Part shown: piece by piece, positions 26,906 to 36,966 of the stretch
Position numbering within the stretch: the stretch's first letter is position 1
Layout: every line of letters begins with the position of its first letter
Origin: an uncultured virus (IMG/VR IMGVR_UViG_3300031555_006527)
Lineage: Duplodnaviria; Heunggongvirae; Uroviricota; Caudoviricetes
Virus record (IMG/VR): IMGVR_UViG_3300031555_006527
Direction: 5' to 3' (one strand)
Length of the DNA: 64,000 nucleotides
Notes under the pieces: model-generated
What the model saw: the letters and a program-made list of their open reading frames with translations, nothing else
Told to the model about the DNA's origin: nothing
Database searches by the model: none
Translations under genes and position numbers: made by a program

Positions 26906-28039
26906 ATGATTAAAGAAGTAATAGCAACAATGTTAGTTGGTCTTACAATTATTTCTGAAGTTCCATTCACCGAAGAAACAATTGCTCGTCCAATTACTCA
27001 AAAGCTTATTAAAGTAACAGAATCCAATATTAAGATGGTTGGAGATAATTTAATTCATGGCTCTCTTAATAATCAGTGTAAGCAAGCTGACGGTTCTTAC
27101 AAAGAAACCATTATGTACGAGCATGTCAAAGAAGAAATTCAATCTGCTGATATTGCCATTATTAACCAAGAGACCATGTTTGTAGAAGATGAATCCGACT
27201 ATTCTGGTTATCCACGATTTGGAACCACTATGGCAATTGGAGACTCTTTAGTTGAGGCCGGATTTGATGTTATTGCCCATGCTACGAATCATACATTAGA
27301 CCAAGGTTTATCTGGTATTGAACAGACATTAAATTTTTGGAGCAAATATCCAGAAATCAATGTTTTAGGAATTCATGATTCAGAAGAAGATTCCGACATT
27401 TGTTATATTATAAATAATAATATTGTTTTTTCTTTTGTAAATTATACCTATGGTTTAAACGGATTAGATTCTTTAAAGAAGGGCAAAGACTATGTTGTTG
27501 ATATGTTATCTGATGAAAACATTGACAACACCATGAAAGAAGCGAGTGAAAATAGTGATTTTCAGATTGCTATTTTGCATGTTGGAGATGAATATGTATA
27601 TACTCCCACCAGTTATGCCAGAAAACATGTTGATAAATTTATTGACCTTGGAGCAGATTTAGTTTTATGTGCGCATCCACATGTCTTAGAAACCTATGGC
27701 AAACGTACTACAGATGCAGGAAATACTGCCGTTGTTTACTATAGTCTTGGCAATTTTATTTCCACGCAGAATAAAGACCCAAGAATGATAGGTGGTATGG
27801 CTGATATTACAATTCGTAAAGTATCGATTGGAGACCATTCTACAACCTTTATCTCTAATTATGAGTTAATCCCTACAATTACTCATTTAGAAAAAGGAAA
27901 TTATTGTGTTTATTATTTAAAAGACTATACGAATGACTTATGTAAAAAGCATAACCTTTTTAAAGAAAAAACTGTAGATGATTTATGGAAAATGTATCTT
28001 TCTTATATTTCTGAAGCCGATTATTTAATAACACGATAA
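26906..28039 (+). CDS. CapA-family (PGA_cap) metallophosphatase-fold protein
   Basis: VGDNLIH, INQET, ATNHTLDQG, HVGDEY, AHPHV and YYSLGNFIS motifs. Confidence 0.88.
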   Translation: MIKEVIATMLVGLTIISEVPFTEETIARPITQKLIKVTESNIKMVGDNLIHGSLNNQCKQADGSYKETIMYEHVKEEIQSADIAIINQETMFVEDESDYSGYPRFGTTMAIGDSLVEAGFDVIAHATNHTLDQGLSGIEQTLNFWSKYPEINVLGIHDSEEDSDICYIINNNIVFSFVNYTYGLNGLDSLKKGKDYVVDMLSDENIDNTMKEASENSDFQIAILHVGDEYVYTPTSYARKHVDKFIDLGADLVLCAHPHVLETYGKRTTDAGNTAVVYYSLGNFISTQNKDPRMIGGMADITIRKVSIGDHSTTFISNYELIPTITHLEKGNYCVYYLKDYTNDLCKKHNLFKEKTVDDLWKMYLSYISEADYLITR

Positions 28040-28060
28040 TGAAGTGGGTGAAAAGCATTT

Positions 28061-28315
28061 ATGAAGCAAAAAGTAAATACTTGCAGACATTGTAAAGCTA
28101 TTTTTCAATCGATAATTCCTTTAGCCTACTGTCAAAATTGTAGACATATTGATAATGAGCAATTTACGGTTATTGAGAATTATTTAATCAAACACCCATT
28201 AAGTTGTGCTTTAGATATTTTCCGAGATACAAACGTTCCCATCTCAGAAATCTTACGATATATTGATGAAGGAAAACTAGTTATAGTTGACAATAAAATC
28301 TCTGCGAAGGTTTAG
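28061..28315 (+). CDS. YvyF-like Zn-ribbon/HTH protein
   Basis: CRHC..F......CQNC....EQF..I..YL..HP......I...T.V....I..YI.EGKL pattern. Confidence 0.7.
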   Translation: MKQKVNTCRHCKAIFQSIIPLAYCQNCRHIDNEQFTVIENYLIKHPLSCALDIFRDTNVPISEILRYIDEGKLVIVDNKISAKV

Positions 28316-28369
28316 GCTTTTGCAGAGTTTTTTTATTCAAAATCTTTTTTAAAAATATCGCAATATTTA

Positions 28370-28399
28370 CCGCCATCTTAAACCATTTTGTAGCTAATA
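28370..28399 (+). promoter_or_regulatory. Promoter-like motif, copy 10
   Basis: ccgccatcttaaaccattttgtagctaata; follows a terminator at about 28300-28333. Confidence 0.75.
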
Positions 28400-28512
28400 T
28401 ATAGGAGGCAACAAATAAACTATGGAAAATAGTTGAAACAAAAATCAATTTTTGATACAATAAACCCAATGCTGATTTTCAGCAGTCAAATTAAAGAAAT
28501 GAGGAAAAAATT

Positions 28513-29304
28513 ATGAAAAGACGTATGTTAAGTATGATGTTAGTAATCAGTTTAGTAATGCTTGGTGGCTGTAAGACCACAGACGAAACTCCAGTAACTA
28601 CTCCAACAATTGAGAATCCATCTGAAACTCCACAGGAAAACTTCCCGGAAACAAATAATCAGGAAGAAGTAACAACCAACCCTGAAGGAAATTCTTCAGA
28701 AAACAAAGAGCCGACAAATGCAAATCTATTTGAATATCAGTATTATGATACCGAAGGAAATCTTCAGAGCTATTTTGGAAAACTTATTATTCCTGAAGCT
28801 GTAGAAGCTGGAGAAGTTACAGAAGAAGTTAAATATGTATTTGAGAACGCAGTTCGTTTAATAGTTCCTGAAGGAAAAACTCAAGTGAATCTTATTCCAA
28901 GTGTTAACAGATTGTTAAAATTAGAAGAAGTTGTATATTCTTCTACATTAGTTGAAGCTCATAAAAGTACAGGTGACCGAGACAATGTTTGTATGATTTC
29001 CAGTGCATCTCTAAAGAAGTTTACTGTTCTTGCTGCTGAAACAGAAAAATATACATTTCACGGTTGTTCGGCATTAGAATCTTTAATATTTGAATCTGCA
29101 AAAATGAATAATGGATATTTAGCTGGTTTTACCATTGATAGATGTCCAAATTTAAAAGAAGTTATCTTTTTAGAAGATTTCACAACTATTGATGAATACG
29201 CCATTCGTGGTGTTGCAGATGACTGTATCTTCTATATCCCAGCAGGTGGTAACTTAGAGCAGTATATGAAAGACCAAGGCTTCACCTATCAGATTAACAA
29301 ATAA
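28513..29304 (+). CDS. Lipoprotein with BspA-like leucine-rich repeats
   Basis: Lipobox LGGC; FHGCSALESL, CPNLKEV and TTIDEYAI repeats. Confidence 0.7.
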   Translation: MKRRMLSMMLVISLVMLGGCKTTDETPVTTPTIENPSETPQENFPETNNQEEVTTNPEGNSSENKEPTNANLFEYQYYDTEGNLQSYFGKLIIPEAVEAGEVTEEVKYVFENAVRLIVPEGKTQVNLIPSVNRLLKLEEVVYSSTLVEAHKSTGDRDNVCMISSASLKKFTVLAAETEKYTFHGCSALESLIFESAKMNNGYLAGFTIDRCPNLKEVIFLEDFTTIDEYAIRGVADDCIFYIPAGGNLEQYMKDQGFTYQINK

Positions 29305-29516
29305 ATTTCTTTTTTCATATAGTGTCCTTCCTACAAAGAGAAACGCTCAGCAATGGGTGTTTTTCTTTTTTTTCTTTTGTGAAAGATTAAAAATATGTCA
29401 AACTTTCACATATACTAATATATACAATATATTTTTAAATGCACATAAAAATTCTAAACAAGTTTCTAAAAGTTTTTCTAAATGATTTCCTCTTTAAATT
29501 CCGAGAGCTTTTTATC

Positions 29517-29546
29517 CCGAAAGCTTAAACCAAAAATTAGCTAATA
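29517..29546 (+). promoter_or_regulatory. Promoter-like motif, copy 11
   Basis: ccgaaagcttaaaccaaaaattagctaata. Confidence 0.75.
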
Positions 29547-29573
29547 AGTAAATAGCGAAAGGAATAAGTAATA

Positions 29574-29816
29574 ATGGTTTTACGAATAGATTTTTCTAAA
29601 CTTACTTGTGATTCAGACAATAATCCGATTGTTGGAACAGAAGAAGAAATGAGTGTTTTATATAATCCACAAATAATCACAGAAGATGAAGTAAAACAAC
29701 TCATTCATAATAATATGATTGAGTTTGAACTACGATGTATTGTTACTACAAGAATTCAAGCTGATTATCTCAAAGGACTATCTCCAAAAAGAGCAGAACA
29801 ATTTTTAACTATATAA
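29574..29816 (+). CDS. Hypothetical protein (ends LTI)
   Basis: RBS plus ORF. Confidence 0.65.
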   Translation: MVLRIDFSKLTCDSDNNPIVGTEEEMSVLYNPQIITEDEVKQLIHNNMIEFELRCIVTTRIQADYLKGLSPKRAEQFLTI

Positions 29817-29861
29817 TTTTAAAAAACTCAGTATTTTCAAAAGAAAAAGAGGAATAATTTT

Positions 29862-30350
29862 ATGCAAGCCAAAACTGCAATAAATTTTAAAGAACTATAT
29901 CCACAAATTACTTTTTTAGCAAAAGACGGCAATGTTCTCAATAAGGAATCTACAGTACCGAAAGAGGTTATTTCTTGGTATCAAGAAGCCCTTAAATCCT
30001 CACAAAAAACTTATCTTGTACAGTATAAAGATACTTATGGACTTCTTGCCGTATATTCTTATGACCAAGAATATTGTGATTCAGACAATGCAAGACATTC
30101 TCATGTAATTCGATTAGCAGAAGCTGCCACTCATAAATATTCTTCCGGTAAAACCATTTATGCTTATGGCCACAACTCAGAAGGATTTGGCACTGACAAT
30201 TTTTTTGCATTTATTCCTTATGGATTATCTGCAAAAGGAATCTTAACAAATATAAATACCTTAGTCACAAATATAGACAATTATTTTGCTTCAGCAAGAG
30301 AATCTGCAAACGAATTACAACATGCCTTCCAAATTGCGAACTTAAGATAG
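29862..30350 (+). CDS. Hypothetical protein
   Basis: RBS plus ORF. Confidence 0.65.
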   Translation: MQAKTAINFKELYPQITFLAKDGNVLNKESTVPKEVISWYQEALKSSQKTYLVQYKDTYGLLAVYSYDQEYCDSDNARHSHVIRLAEAATHKYSSGKTIYAYGHNSEGFGTDNFFAFIPYGLSAKGILTNINTLVTNIDNYFASARESANELQHAFQIANLR

Positions 30351-30362
30351 AAAGGAATTTAT

Positions 30363-30797
30363 ATGCCAGATTTACCAAACAATTTTATAGAACAAGTCCT
30401 TTCAAGACTTCAAAAAAGTTTCCCAGAAACGAGATTATTAGCCAATGGAGAAGTTCTTGTTCATACAAAAGGAAACCAATATTTTAATTTATATGAATGT
30501 ACTTCATGGACAGAGGTCAATTGTAAAGTATTAGAATATTTAACCCGTGGTGCATTTAAGACATTAGTCTATAAAACAGATGCGAATAACGATAAATTTC
30601 ACAAATTCATGTTAGATGGCATCAATCGTTTTTTAGAAACAGATTTTTCCGAAGAAGAGGTGGAATTTATTTATACCTATCTTGGAAATGGTTGTCATCG
30701 AAAATTATCAGAAGAGTTTGTAGAAAATGGTTTTGATATGAACATCTTATACGCTTATGCAGAATCAAAAAAGAATAAAAATGTACTTACAATATAA
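30363..30797 (+). CDS. Hypothetical protein (ends LTI)
   Basis: RBS plus ORF; IYTYLGNG motif. Confidence 0.65.
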   Translation: MPDLPNNFIEQVLSRLQKSFPETRLLANGEVLVHTKGNQYFNLYECTSWTEVNCKVLEYLTRGAFKTLVYKTDANNDKFHKFMLDGINRFLETDFSEEEVEFIYTYLGNGCHRKLSEEFVENGFDMNILYAYAESKKNKNVLTI

Positions 30798-30808
30798 GGT
30801 ATAAAACG

Positions 30809-32269
30809 ATGCCTAAAGGAACAAAACCTTGGACAAAATCAGAAGACGAGATTTTATTAAATTCTGACGCTCCAAGAAAAGAAATTGCAAAAGTATTAGG
30901 ACGTTCTGTTGATGCTTGTAATACTCGACATTCTATTTTAGTTAGAGAATTAAATTATTTATCTCTAGAAGAACAGAAACATATTAAAGAACGTTGTATT
31001 AGAGAAAAAAAAGAATCTTTAGCAAGAAAAGATATTATTGCAGAATTAACAAAAGACAATCAATATAGTAATGAGCAAAAAACCTATCTAGAAAAACTTT
31101 ACAAACAAGGTTTAGATATTTCTTACTTATTAAATCCAAAGTATACACTTCTCCAAATGAAGCAAATAGCTATGGGTCTTAATGCTGGAATAAAAATAGA
31201 ATATTATTCTAACCCAGAATATAATGACCGTCAAATGGCTGAAATTCGAGTGGGTCTTACAAAAGGCTTAGATACTTCGTGGTATAGAAATCCTATGTTT
31301 TCTTGTGAAGCCATGAGACAAATCCGTTTAGGGATTGAAGCTGGTCTTCCTGTTCAATATTATGCAAATCCTTTATATGATGGAGTCCAAATGGAACAAT
31401 TCCGACTTGCTTTACAAGACCATCTTCCTGTTTGGGAAATTATGAATCCAGCCTATAACCGTGAACAACTAAAGGTTTTAAGATTAGCCTTATCTGCTGG
31501 TGTAGATATCACTACTTTTAAAAATCCAAATTTAACAGCAGAAGAAATGAAGAAACGTTATCAAGCGCTTTATGAAAAGTTTCGTAATATTTATGAAACT
31601 AAAAACGAAAAAATAGAAAAACTAGATGATTCTTTACTTGATTTACACGAAAAACAAGAACCTTTTGTTATTCATGCAAGACACGAATCAGAAGCTTATG
31701 AACTATTAAATACATTATCTTCCTTGCAATATACACAAGACCTTAGACGAAAAAGTAGTTCTGGTAAACTTTCTGGTGTCTATTTCACTTGCAATCCAGT
31801 AGAAAAGACAGTCATTTCTGACCAAAACAAACCCAAAAACGGCAACTATATTACATATAGTGCATTACGTCAGGAAGAAGAGCCAAAACAAACTGGTCCC
31901 AAAACAGAAGACTGGATTAGTTGCTCTGAACAATATCCAAAAACTTTTGGGTATTACCAAGTAGTTATCAGAGAACCTGATACCGGAAGATTGGCAGAAC
32001 GATTAGTAGAATTCCGTAATAAAAAAGATAGCCCTCCGGCATTTGACGTAGATGGTACTGTTTTAGCATGGAAACCTCATTTTAAAAGACATGACCGACA
32101 AAAAGTAAATAATGCTCAAACTCAAGAACTTTCAAAATATGATAAGCTTGTTCAAAAAAGACAGACCCTTCGTCAATTAGCACAAAAATCAGAAGCGAAA
32201 CAGGACTTAGACGAAGCCACTATCAAAGAGAATTTATTACATGCGTCAACACCATGGAAATTATGCTAG
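30809..32269 (+). CDS. Mosaic protein: Myb-like N-terminus, about 26-aa NPxY..QM..IR.GL repeats, DUF551-like module
   Basis: WTKSEDEILL..IAKVLGRS..AC..R; repeated YxNPxYxxxQMxQIRxGL; WISCSEQYP..VLAWKP. Confidence 0.7.
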   Translation: MPKGTKPWTKSEDEILLNSDAPRKEIAKVLGRSVDACNTRHSILVRELNYLSLEEQKHIKERCIREKKESLARKDIIAELTKDNQYSNEQKTYLEKLYKQGLDISYLLNPKYTLLQMKQIAMGLNAGIKIEYYSNPEYNDRQMAEIRVGLTKGLDTSWYRNPMFSCEAMRQIRLGIEAGLPVQYYANPLYDGVQMEQFRLALQDHLPVWEIMNPAYNREQLKVLRLALSAGVDITTFKNPNLTAEEMKKRYQALYEKFRNIYETKNEKIEKLDDSLLDLHEKQEPFVIHARHESEAYELLNTLSSLQYTQDLRRKSSSGKLSGVYFTCNPVEKTVISDQNKPKNGNYITYSALRQEEEPKQTGPKTEDWISCSEQYPKTFGYYQVVIREPDTGRLAERLVEFRNKKDSPPAFDVDGTVLAWKPHFKRHDRQKVNNAQTQELSKYDKLVQKRQTLRQLAQKSEAKQDLDEATIKENLLHASTPWKLC

Positions 32270-32284
32270 GAGGTAAAAAAATAT

Positions 32285-32653
32285 ATGACATATTCTATAG
32301 AAATTGAAGCCAGACTTACGACAATAAAAAATTGCATCAACCTATATGAAGAACAAATTCAAGAGGAACAGGAAGATTTAAAGCGAACGGTTCCGGAATT
32401 ATGTGAACCGAACGATGGCCCATATTCCAGTAATCTATTGCCGAATGCTTCTCCGGAACGACAAGCTCTTGCAGAACAGAAGCTATCTGCTATAAAAGAA
32501 ACTTTTGCATCTATGACAGAAACAGTAAATGAATTAGTCACTGCACTACTTCGTGAGTTTCCGGAATTAGAAGACGAAGAAATTGAATATCATGGATATA
32601 ATTTAACAAATCCGTCTGCAAATTATTCGGATTCTCCACATCTTGCCAGATAA
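32285..32653 (+). CDS. Hypothetical protein (ends LAR)
   Basis: GGAGG RBS plus ORF; followed by a terminator hairpin. Confidence 0.65.
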   Translation: MTYSIEIEARLTTIKNCINLYEEQIQEEQEDLKRTVPELCEPNDGPYSSNLLPNASPERQALAEQKLSAIKETFASMTETVNELVTALLREFPELEDEEIEYHGYNLTNPSANYSDSPHLAR

Positions 32654-32720
32654 AAGATAGCACACAGACAGTTTTAAGTTTCTTAAGGCTGTCTGTTTCT
32701 TATTTCCGTCAGTAATTTTG

Positions 32721-32750
32721 CCGACGTCTTAAACCAAAAGTTAGCTAATA
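32721..32750 (+). promoter_or_regulatory. Promoter-like motif, copy 12
   Basis: ccgacgtcttaaaccaaaagttagctaata. Confidence 0.75.
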
Positions 32751-32818
32751 GATGGAAGAATATAAAACAATATAAATAACTATAAACCCTTATTTACTTG
32801 AGATTGGAGGAAAGAAAT

Positions 32819-33007
32819 ATGAGTTATACAGAAATGAAAAATGAAATTTTAGTTAGATTTAATCAAACTATCGAATATTGGCATTGCCTTGTTGGTGAAA
32901 TGTTTGAGGGAACTAATGGATTTACTACAACTTATCAGACAGAATGCATGTTACTAGGAAAAACATATAAAGTAACTTGGGACGATTATAGTTGGAGCAT
33001 TGAGTAA
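32819..33007 (+). CDS. Hypothetical protein
   Basis: GGAGG RBS plus ORF. Confidence 0.6.
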   Translation: MSYTEMKNEILVRFNQTIEYWHCLVGEMFEGTNGFTTTYQTECMLLGKTYKVTWDDYSWSIE

Positions 33008-33042
33008 CCAAACCAACATTTTATTATATAAGGAGGAGATAT

Positions 33043-33213
33043 ATGTTATATAAGATTGACAATTGGGAACAAGCTGTTGCTTTCGAAGAATGGGCAAAGA
33101 CAAATAATGTTCAATTCGAAGAGTTGGATGAAGGTAATTACTTAGATACTTGCCCTGAGTGTGGAGACAGTGAGTTTTGGCATGGAGGTCACTGTGGACA
33201 CTGTGGCTATTAG
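33043..33213 (+). CDS. Small Zn-ribbon protein (56 aa)
   Basis: AGGAGG RBS; CPECG..HCGHCGY. Confidence 0.6.
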   Translation: MLYKIDNWEQAVAFEEWAKTNNVQFEELDEGNYLDTCPECGDSEFWHGGHCGHCGY

Positions 33214-33222
33214 GAGGTTGAA

Positions 33223-33393
33223 ATGAGACAGAAGGTCGAATTTATTCAGGGTGAAAATATAATCGTATTGCAGAATAGAATAAACGACTTTGCAAAAACA
33301 CACCATATTGAAAATATTTCGTATGCTGTGAGTGGAAACGAGGTATACAATGTATGGCATTATTGTTGTGTGTTATATACGGACGACGAATAA
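33223..33393 (+). CDS. Small hypothetical protein (56 aa)
   Basis: GGAGG RBS; MRQKVEFIQGEN..LQNRINDF. Confidence 0.55.
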   Translation: MRQKVEFIQGENIIVLQNRINDFAKTHHIENISYAVSGNEVYNVWHYCCVLYTDDE

Positions 33394-33427
33394 AATTTGT
33401 ATTTGGTTTTGAAAAGGAAAACGAATT

Positions 33428-33889
33428 ATGAAACAAGAAGCTTATGAAAAACTTGATAAATACATAAGAGATGTTATGGATTATTTTCGTGAATTAAAAA
33501 AAGAAAGAGAATTAACTAAAGAAGAGGAACGATTACTTATGCGTTCCTTATCCGTAAGAACTGATATACATCATGCTCATTCAAAACACTTAGACAAACA
33601 GGAGGCAGTGAGACAAAATAATAGAGAAAAGCAAAGAGTTGCCTTGTTTGCTCGTTCTGAAATTGTATATGAGGGGTTTGTTGATGATATATATGAACCG
33701 GTGTATGCTGCGGATTACAAGGAACTTCGTAAAAAAATGTCTAAATATGCAAATTTGTATCCAAAAGAAAACGATATGGCAACTGTAAACACTTATAAAA
33801 ATGGAGACCTAATCAAAAAAGAAACATGGGTTAGAGAAAATACATTATGTAATAAAAACTGGTCTTTCGGAAAATGGGAAATCTCTTAA
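33428..33889 (+). CDS. Hypothetical protein
   Basis: RBS plus ORF. Confidence 0.65.
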   Translation: MKQEAYEKLDKYIRDVMDYFRELKKERELTKEEERLLMRSLSVRTDIHHAHSKHLDKQEAVRQNNREKQRVALFARSEIVYEGFVDDIYEPVYAADYKELRKKMSKYANLYPKENDMATVNTYKNGDLIKKETWVRENTLCNKNWSFGKWEIS

Positions 33890-33905
33890 TATAGGAGACA
33901 GTTAT

Positions 33906-34031
33906 ATGAGAATTATTAAAAATAATGAATTTCAAAATAATCCACTTGCTTTACCTTGTCCGTTTTGTGGAGAAAAAGAAGAAATTTATTTTGCAGAATA
34001 TAAAACTAAAGTTGGTAAGAGGTGGCAATGA
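33906..34031 (+). pseudogene. Truncated Lar-like (restriction alleviation) Zn-ribbon ORF
   Basis: LPCPFCG motif but stops after 41 aa, before a second CxxC. Confidence 0.45.
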
Positions 34032-34231
34032 TGAAGTATGTAGAAGGAAAAGGATATTTTGTAGGTACCTATACCGAACATGATTTGGCAAAAGGAAAAG
34101 ATAAAGCAGCCGTTGCAAAAATGATGAAGAAAACAGGCTGTCAGTATACAAATTCCGAATTTGTAAAGAAAAACGGAAAGATTGTTGGTATTACTCTTTA
34201 TGTTTGTCATATTAAAAAGGTGAAATTATAA
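34028..34231 (+). CDS. Small basic hypothetical protein
   Basis: GAGG RBS plus ORF. Confidence 0.55.
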   Translation: MMKYVEGKGYFVGTYTEHDLAKGKDKAAVAKMMKKTGCQYTNSEFVKKNGKIVGITLYVCHIKKVKL

Positions 34232-34245
34232 AAAGGAGGCCATCT

Positions 34246-34698
34246 ATGAATGCGTATTTAATTGACGAAGGAGTTTTATTATCTCCAGAAGACGAAGAAT
34301 TTGAAGCTTATTCTCAAGTTTATAATAATTTATACGGCTTTTATGATGAAGGACAATATTACGAAACAAATAAGCTTGTTGCAATTGCAAATGCCAGAAA
34401 ATATGTAGAAGCTGGTGTTGAACGAACCTATGCTATTGTTTCTATTACTTGGCTTCCGGACAATTTCGATTTTGAAGACGGTTATGTAGAAGATGAAACC
34501 TATCAAACAGAAGATGTGGTTTATTCTGTGGCTAAAATTGATGGAGAAATAGTAGAAGACTTTTTAAGTCGACCAAATCTATTTTCTACTCAAAATAAAA
34601 AAATGTTAACAACTCAAACATTCCAGCATCAAGAATCACCAAATGAAAACTATTTTGAAGAATTAAACGACTATCTTGACGAAACCATGGCTAGATAA
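34246..34698 (+). CDS. Acidic hypothetical protein (ends MAR)
   Basis: AGGAGG RBS plus ORF. Confidence 0.65.
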   Translation: MNAYLIDEGVLLSPEDEEFEAYSQVYNNLYGFYDEGQYYETNKLVAIANARKYVEAGVERTYAIVSITWLPDNFDFEDGYVEDETYQTEDVVYSVAKIDGEIVEDFLSRPNLFSTQNKKMLTTQTFQHQESPNENYFEELNDYLDETMAR

Positions 34699-34712
34699 AT
34701 TATGACGATTTG

Positions 34713-34742
34713 CCGAAAACTTAAACCAAATTATAGCTAATA
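34713..34742 (+). promoter_or_regulatory. Promoter-like motif, copy 13
   Basis: ccgaaaacttaaaccaaattatagctaata. Confidence 0.75.
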
Positions 34743-34792
34743 GGTGTAAGTATTATAACAAACTATAAATGCTTATAAGGAAGGAGAAACAA

Positions 34793-35110
34793 ATGAATAA
34801 GACATGGACAATTGTCAAAGTCCTATTGTTAATTGTGCTAATTTTCTTAGGAAATGGGTTATTAGCTTATGTCGAACCTATCTATATGAATAATTTAGCC
34901 ATGCAACAGATGGGTAATGATGATTTAAGTAGCAGTTGGATTTCCATATATACCTATTTTAGAAATGGTATTTGGCTTGCCTATGTGTTTGCAGCATTAG
35001 CCTTTTTCCATAAAGAAATTGCGTATATTACAAAAAAGCTCACAAAAAAGGACCAGAGGTCTTTTGAAGAAAAGGAGAATAAAAATCATGAAGAACATGC
35101 GAGTAAGTAA
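34793..35110 (+). CDS. Membrane protein preceding the SPFH gene
   Basis: Two TM segments. Confidence 0.65.
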   Translation: MNKTWTIVKVLLLIVLIFLGNGLLAYVEPIYMNNLAMQQMGNDDLSSSWISIYTYFRNGIWLAYVFAALAFFHKEIAYITKKLTKKDQRSFEEKENKNHEEHASK

Positions 35111-36116
35111 GAGAATTTTATTATTAGCGATTGTAGTAATGAGTTTAATGGGATTGGGTGGCTGTATTAAGCCTTACGACACCCCGGAATTTGTAACAAT
35201 TGAAGCTAGTCAGACAGCGTTTTTAGTACCATTGGTAGGAGATACCGAAGGACAGGCAAGCTTTGCTTCTGAAGAACTGTTAGAACAGGCAAAAGTAGCG
35301 ACAAAAGAAATTCAGATTCCTCACCGTTGGGTACAGACTGGTCGAATGGCAAGTACTGGTGACTGGAGACCATCAGCTAAGTTAATTGTAGTAGAACGTA
35401 AGCCAGTTACCAGAGAATGGGTATCGACAACTGATGCAACTTCTACAGCCAATAATGCCATTTTTGGAGAATCTTTAGATGGTATTGGAATTTTCGTCGG
35501 TATGAATTGTAGTGCTCAGATTGAAGAAGCAAATGCTACAAAGTTCTTATATCGATATAACAATACCTCCTTAGAGACTGTTATCGATAAAGATATTAGA
35601 GCCATGGTAGAAGATGAATTCAATAAAGCCGTTGGCAAGTATAATATTGCTGACTTACAGGCGAATAAGAGTTCTATCATGAATGAAGTTGTCACTAATG
35701 TAAAAGCTCATTTTGAAGAATATGGCGTTACCATTACTGTCCTTGGTATGAAGGAAGGTATTTCTTATGAAAATGATGCTATTCAGAAGGCAATTGATGA
35801 AAAGTTTAGTTCCGAGCAGTTATTAACAACACAGCAGAACTTAAATGAAGTAGAGATTGCAAAGGCGGAAGCTGCTGCTAAATCTATCAAGATTGCTGCA
35901 GAAGCAGAAGCGGAAGTATTAAAGATTCAGGCAGAAGCCGAAGCAGAGGCTAATCGAAAGATTGCAGAATCTCTTACTCCGGAACTGATTCAGATGTTGA
36001 TGTACGAAAAGTGGAGTGGAGATTTACCAATTGTCATGGGCGAAGCTGGCAATACTTTTATGGATATTACAAAATTAGTAACAGAAACACCTGAATACAC
36101 AAGGGGAGAGGAATAA
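35088..36116 (+). CDS. SPFH/Band 7 (prohibitin-like) lipoprotein
   Basis: Lipobox LGGC; AEAEA coiled coil; ..SLTPELIQ..YEKWSGDLP C-terminus. Confidence 0.8.
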   Translation: MKNMRVSKRILLLAIVVMSLMGLGGCIKPYDTPEFVTIEASQTAFLVPLVGDTEGQASFASEELLEQAKVATKEIQIPHRWVQTGRMASTGDWRPSAKLIVVERKPVTREWVSTTDATSTANNAIFGESLDGIGIFVGMNCSAQIEEANATKFLYRYNNTSLETVIDKDIRAMVEDEFNKAVGKYNIADLQANKSSIMNEVVTNVKAHFEEYGVTITVLGMKEGISYENDAIQKAIDEKFSSEQLLTTQQNLNEVEIAKAEAAAKSIKIAAEAEAEVLKIQAEAEAEANRKIAESLTPELIQMLMYEKWSGDLPIVMGEAGNTFMDITKLVTETPEYTRGEE

Positions 36117-36149
36117 TCTCCCCTCCCAGAAAGAATGAGGAATTAAATC

Positions 36150-36677
36150 ATGTTTATCACCTATGCTATTATAGCTATTCTTATTTTTACAATCTTTACA
36201 TTATGGTTGAGAAAAGAATTTAAAACCTATGATAAAAAAGAAAAAATCGAAGGCATTGCACTTTTAGCTGGTGGAAGTGTTGTAATCACAATATTGTTGT
36301 TCGTTTGTATCTATTTTATTTTTGGATTGTTAGTGATTCCTACAGAAAGCCGATTATCTGAAACTTATCCATTACATAGTTTAACGGATAATTACTACCT
36401 ATCCTGCAAAACAAATTCTTCTTCCAGTTGTACTTATACTTACTGGGTTGAATCAGAAAAAGGCTTATATAAAGAGACAAAGAAATTCTATTCTGACGAT
36501 GCTTATTTTCAGTTTACAGAAGAATCTCCACGAGTAGAGCAATATTGTAATTATCAGCGTCATGGTTGGTGGAACATTTTTGCTCCTTCTCTCGAAGAAG
36601 CTATTAGTACTGATTACTATATTTTCTATATTCCGGAAGGAAGTATCTCTATGGAATATGCTCTTGACTCTCAGTAA
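36150..36677 (+). CDS. Membrane protein
   Basis: Two TM segments; C-terminal YYIFYIPEGSI motif similar to 36967..37764. Confidence 0.65.
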   Translation: MFITYAIIAILIFTIFTLWLRKEFKTYDKKEKIEGIALLAGGSVVITILLFVCIYFIFGLLVIPTESRLSETYPLHSLTDNYYLSCKTNSSSSCTYTYWVESEKGLYKETKKFYSDDAYFQFTEESPRVEQYCNYQRHGWWNIFAPSLEEAISTDYYIFYIPEGSISMEYALDSQ

Positions 36678-36715
36678 TAAAATAATTTCAAGGCCTTGTA
36701 TAAGGAGAAAACACT

Positions 36716-36964
36716 ATGCTTATTCTTACAAACAACGAAAACGGAATTCCTACCATTTACGAAATTGACCGAATCAGTCAAGATAATTCAGACTTAGTTT
36801 TTTATGCTCCTGCAAAGACTTGGACACACGGAGAACGTCGATATGTATCTTTGCGTATCTCTTTAAAAACACAGTCAGAAGCTATAACTGCTTTTAAAGA
36901 GCTTTTCACGACAGGCAAAGTATATTTACCTGAGTATCGAGCCTATAAAGAAGAAGGAGAATAA
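36716..36964 (+). CDS. Hypothetical protein
   Basis: AAGGAG RBS plus ORF. Confidence 0.6.
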   Translation: MLILTNNENGIPTIYEIDRISQDNSDLVFYAPAKTWTHGERRYVSLRISLKTQSEAITAFKELFTTGKVYLPEYRAYKEEGE

Positions 36965-36966
36965 AA

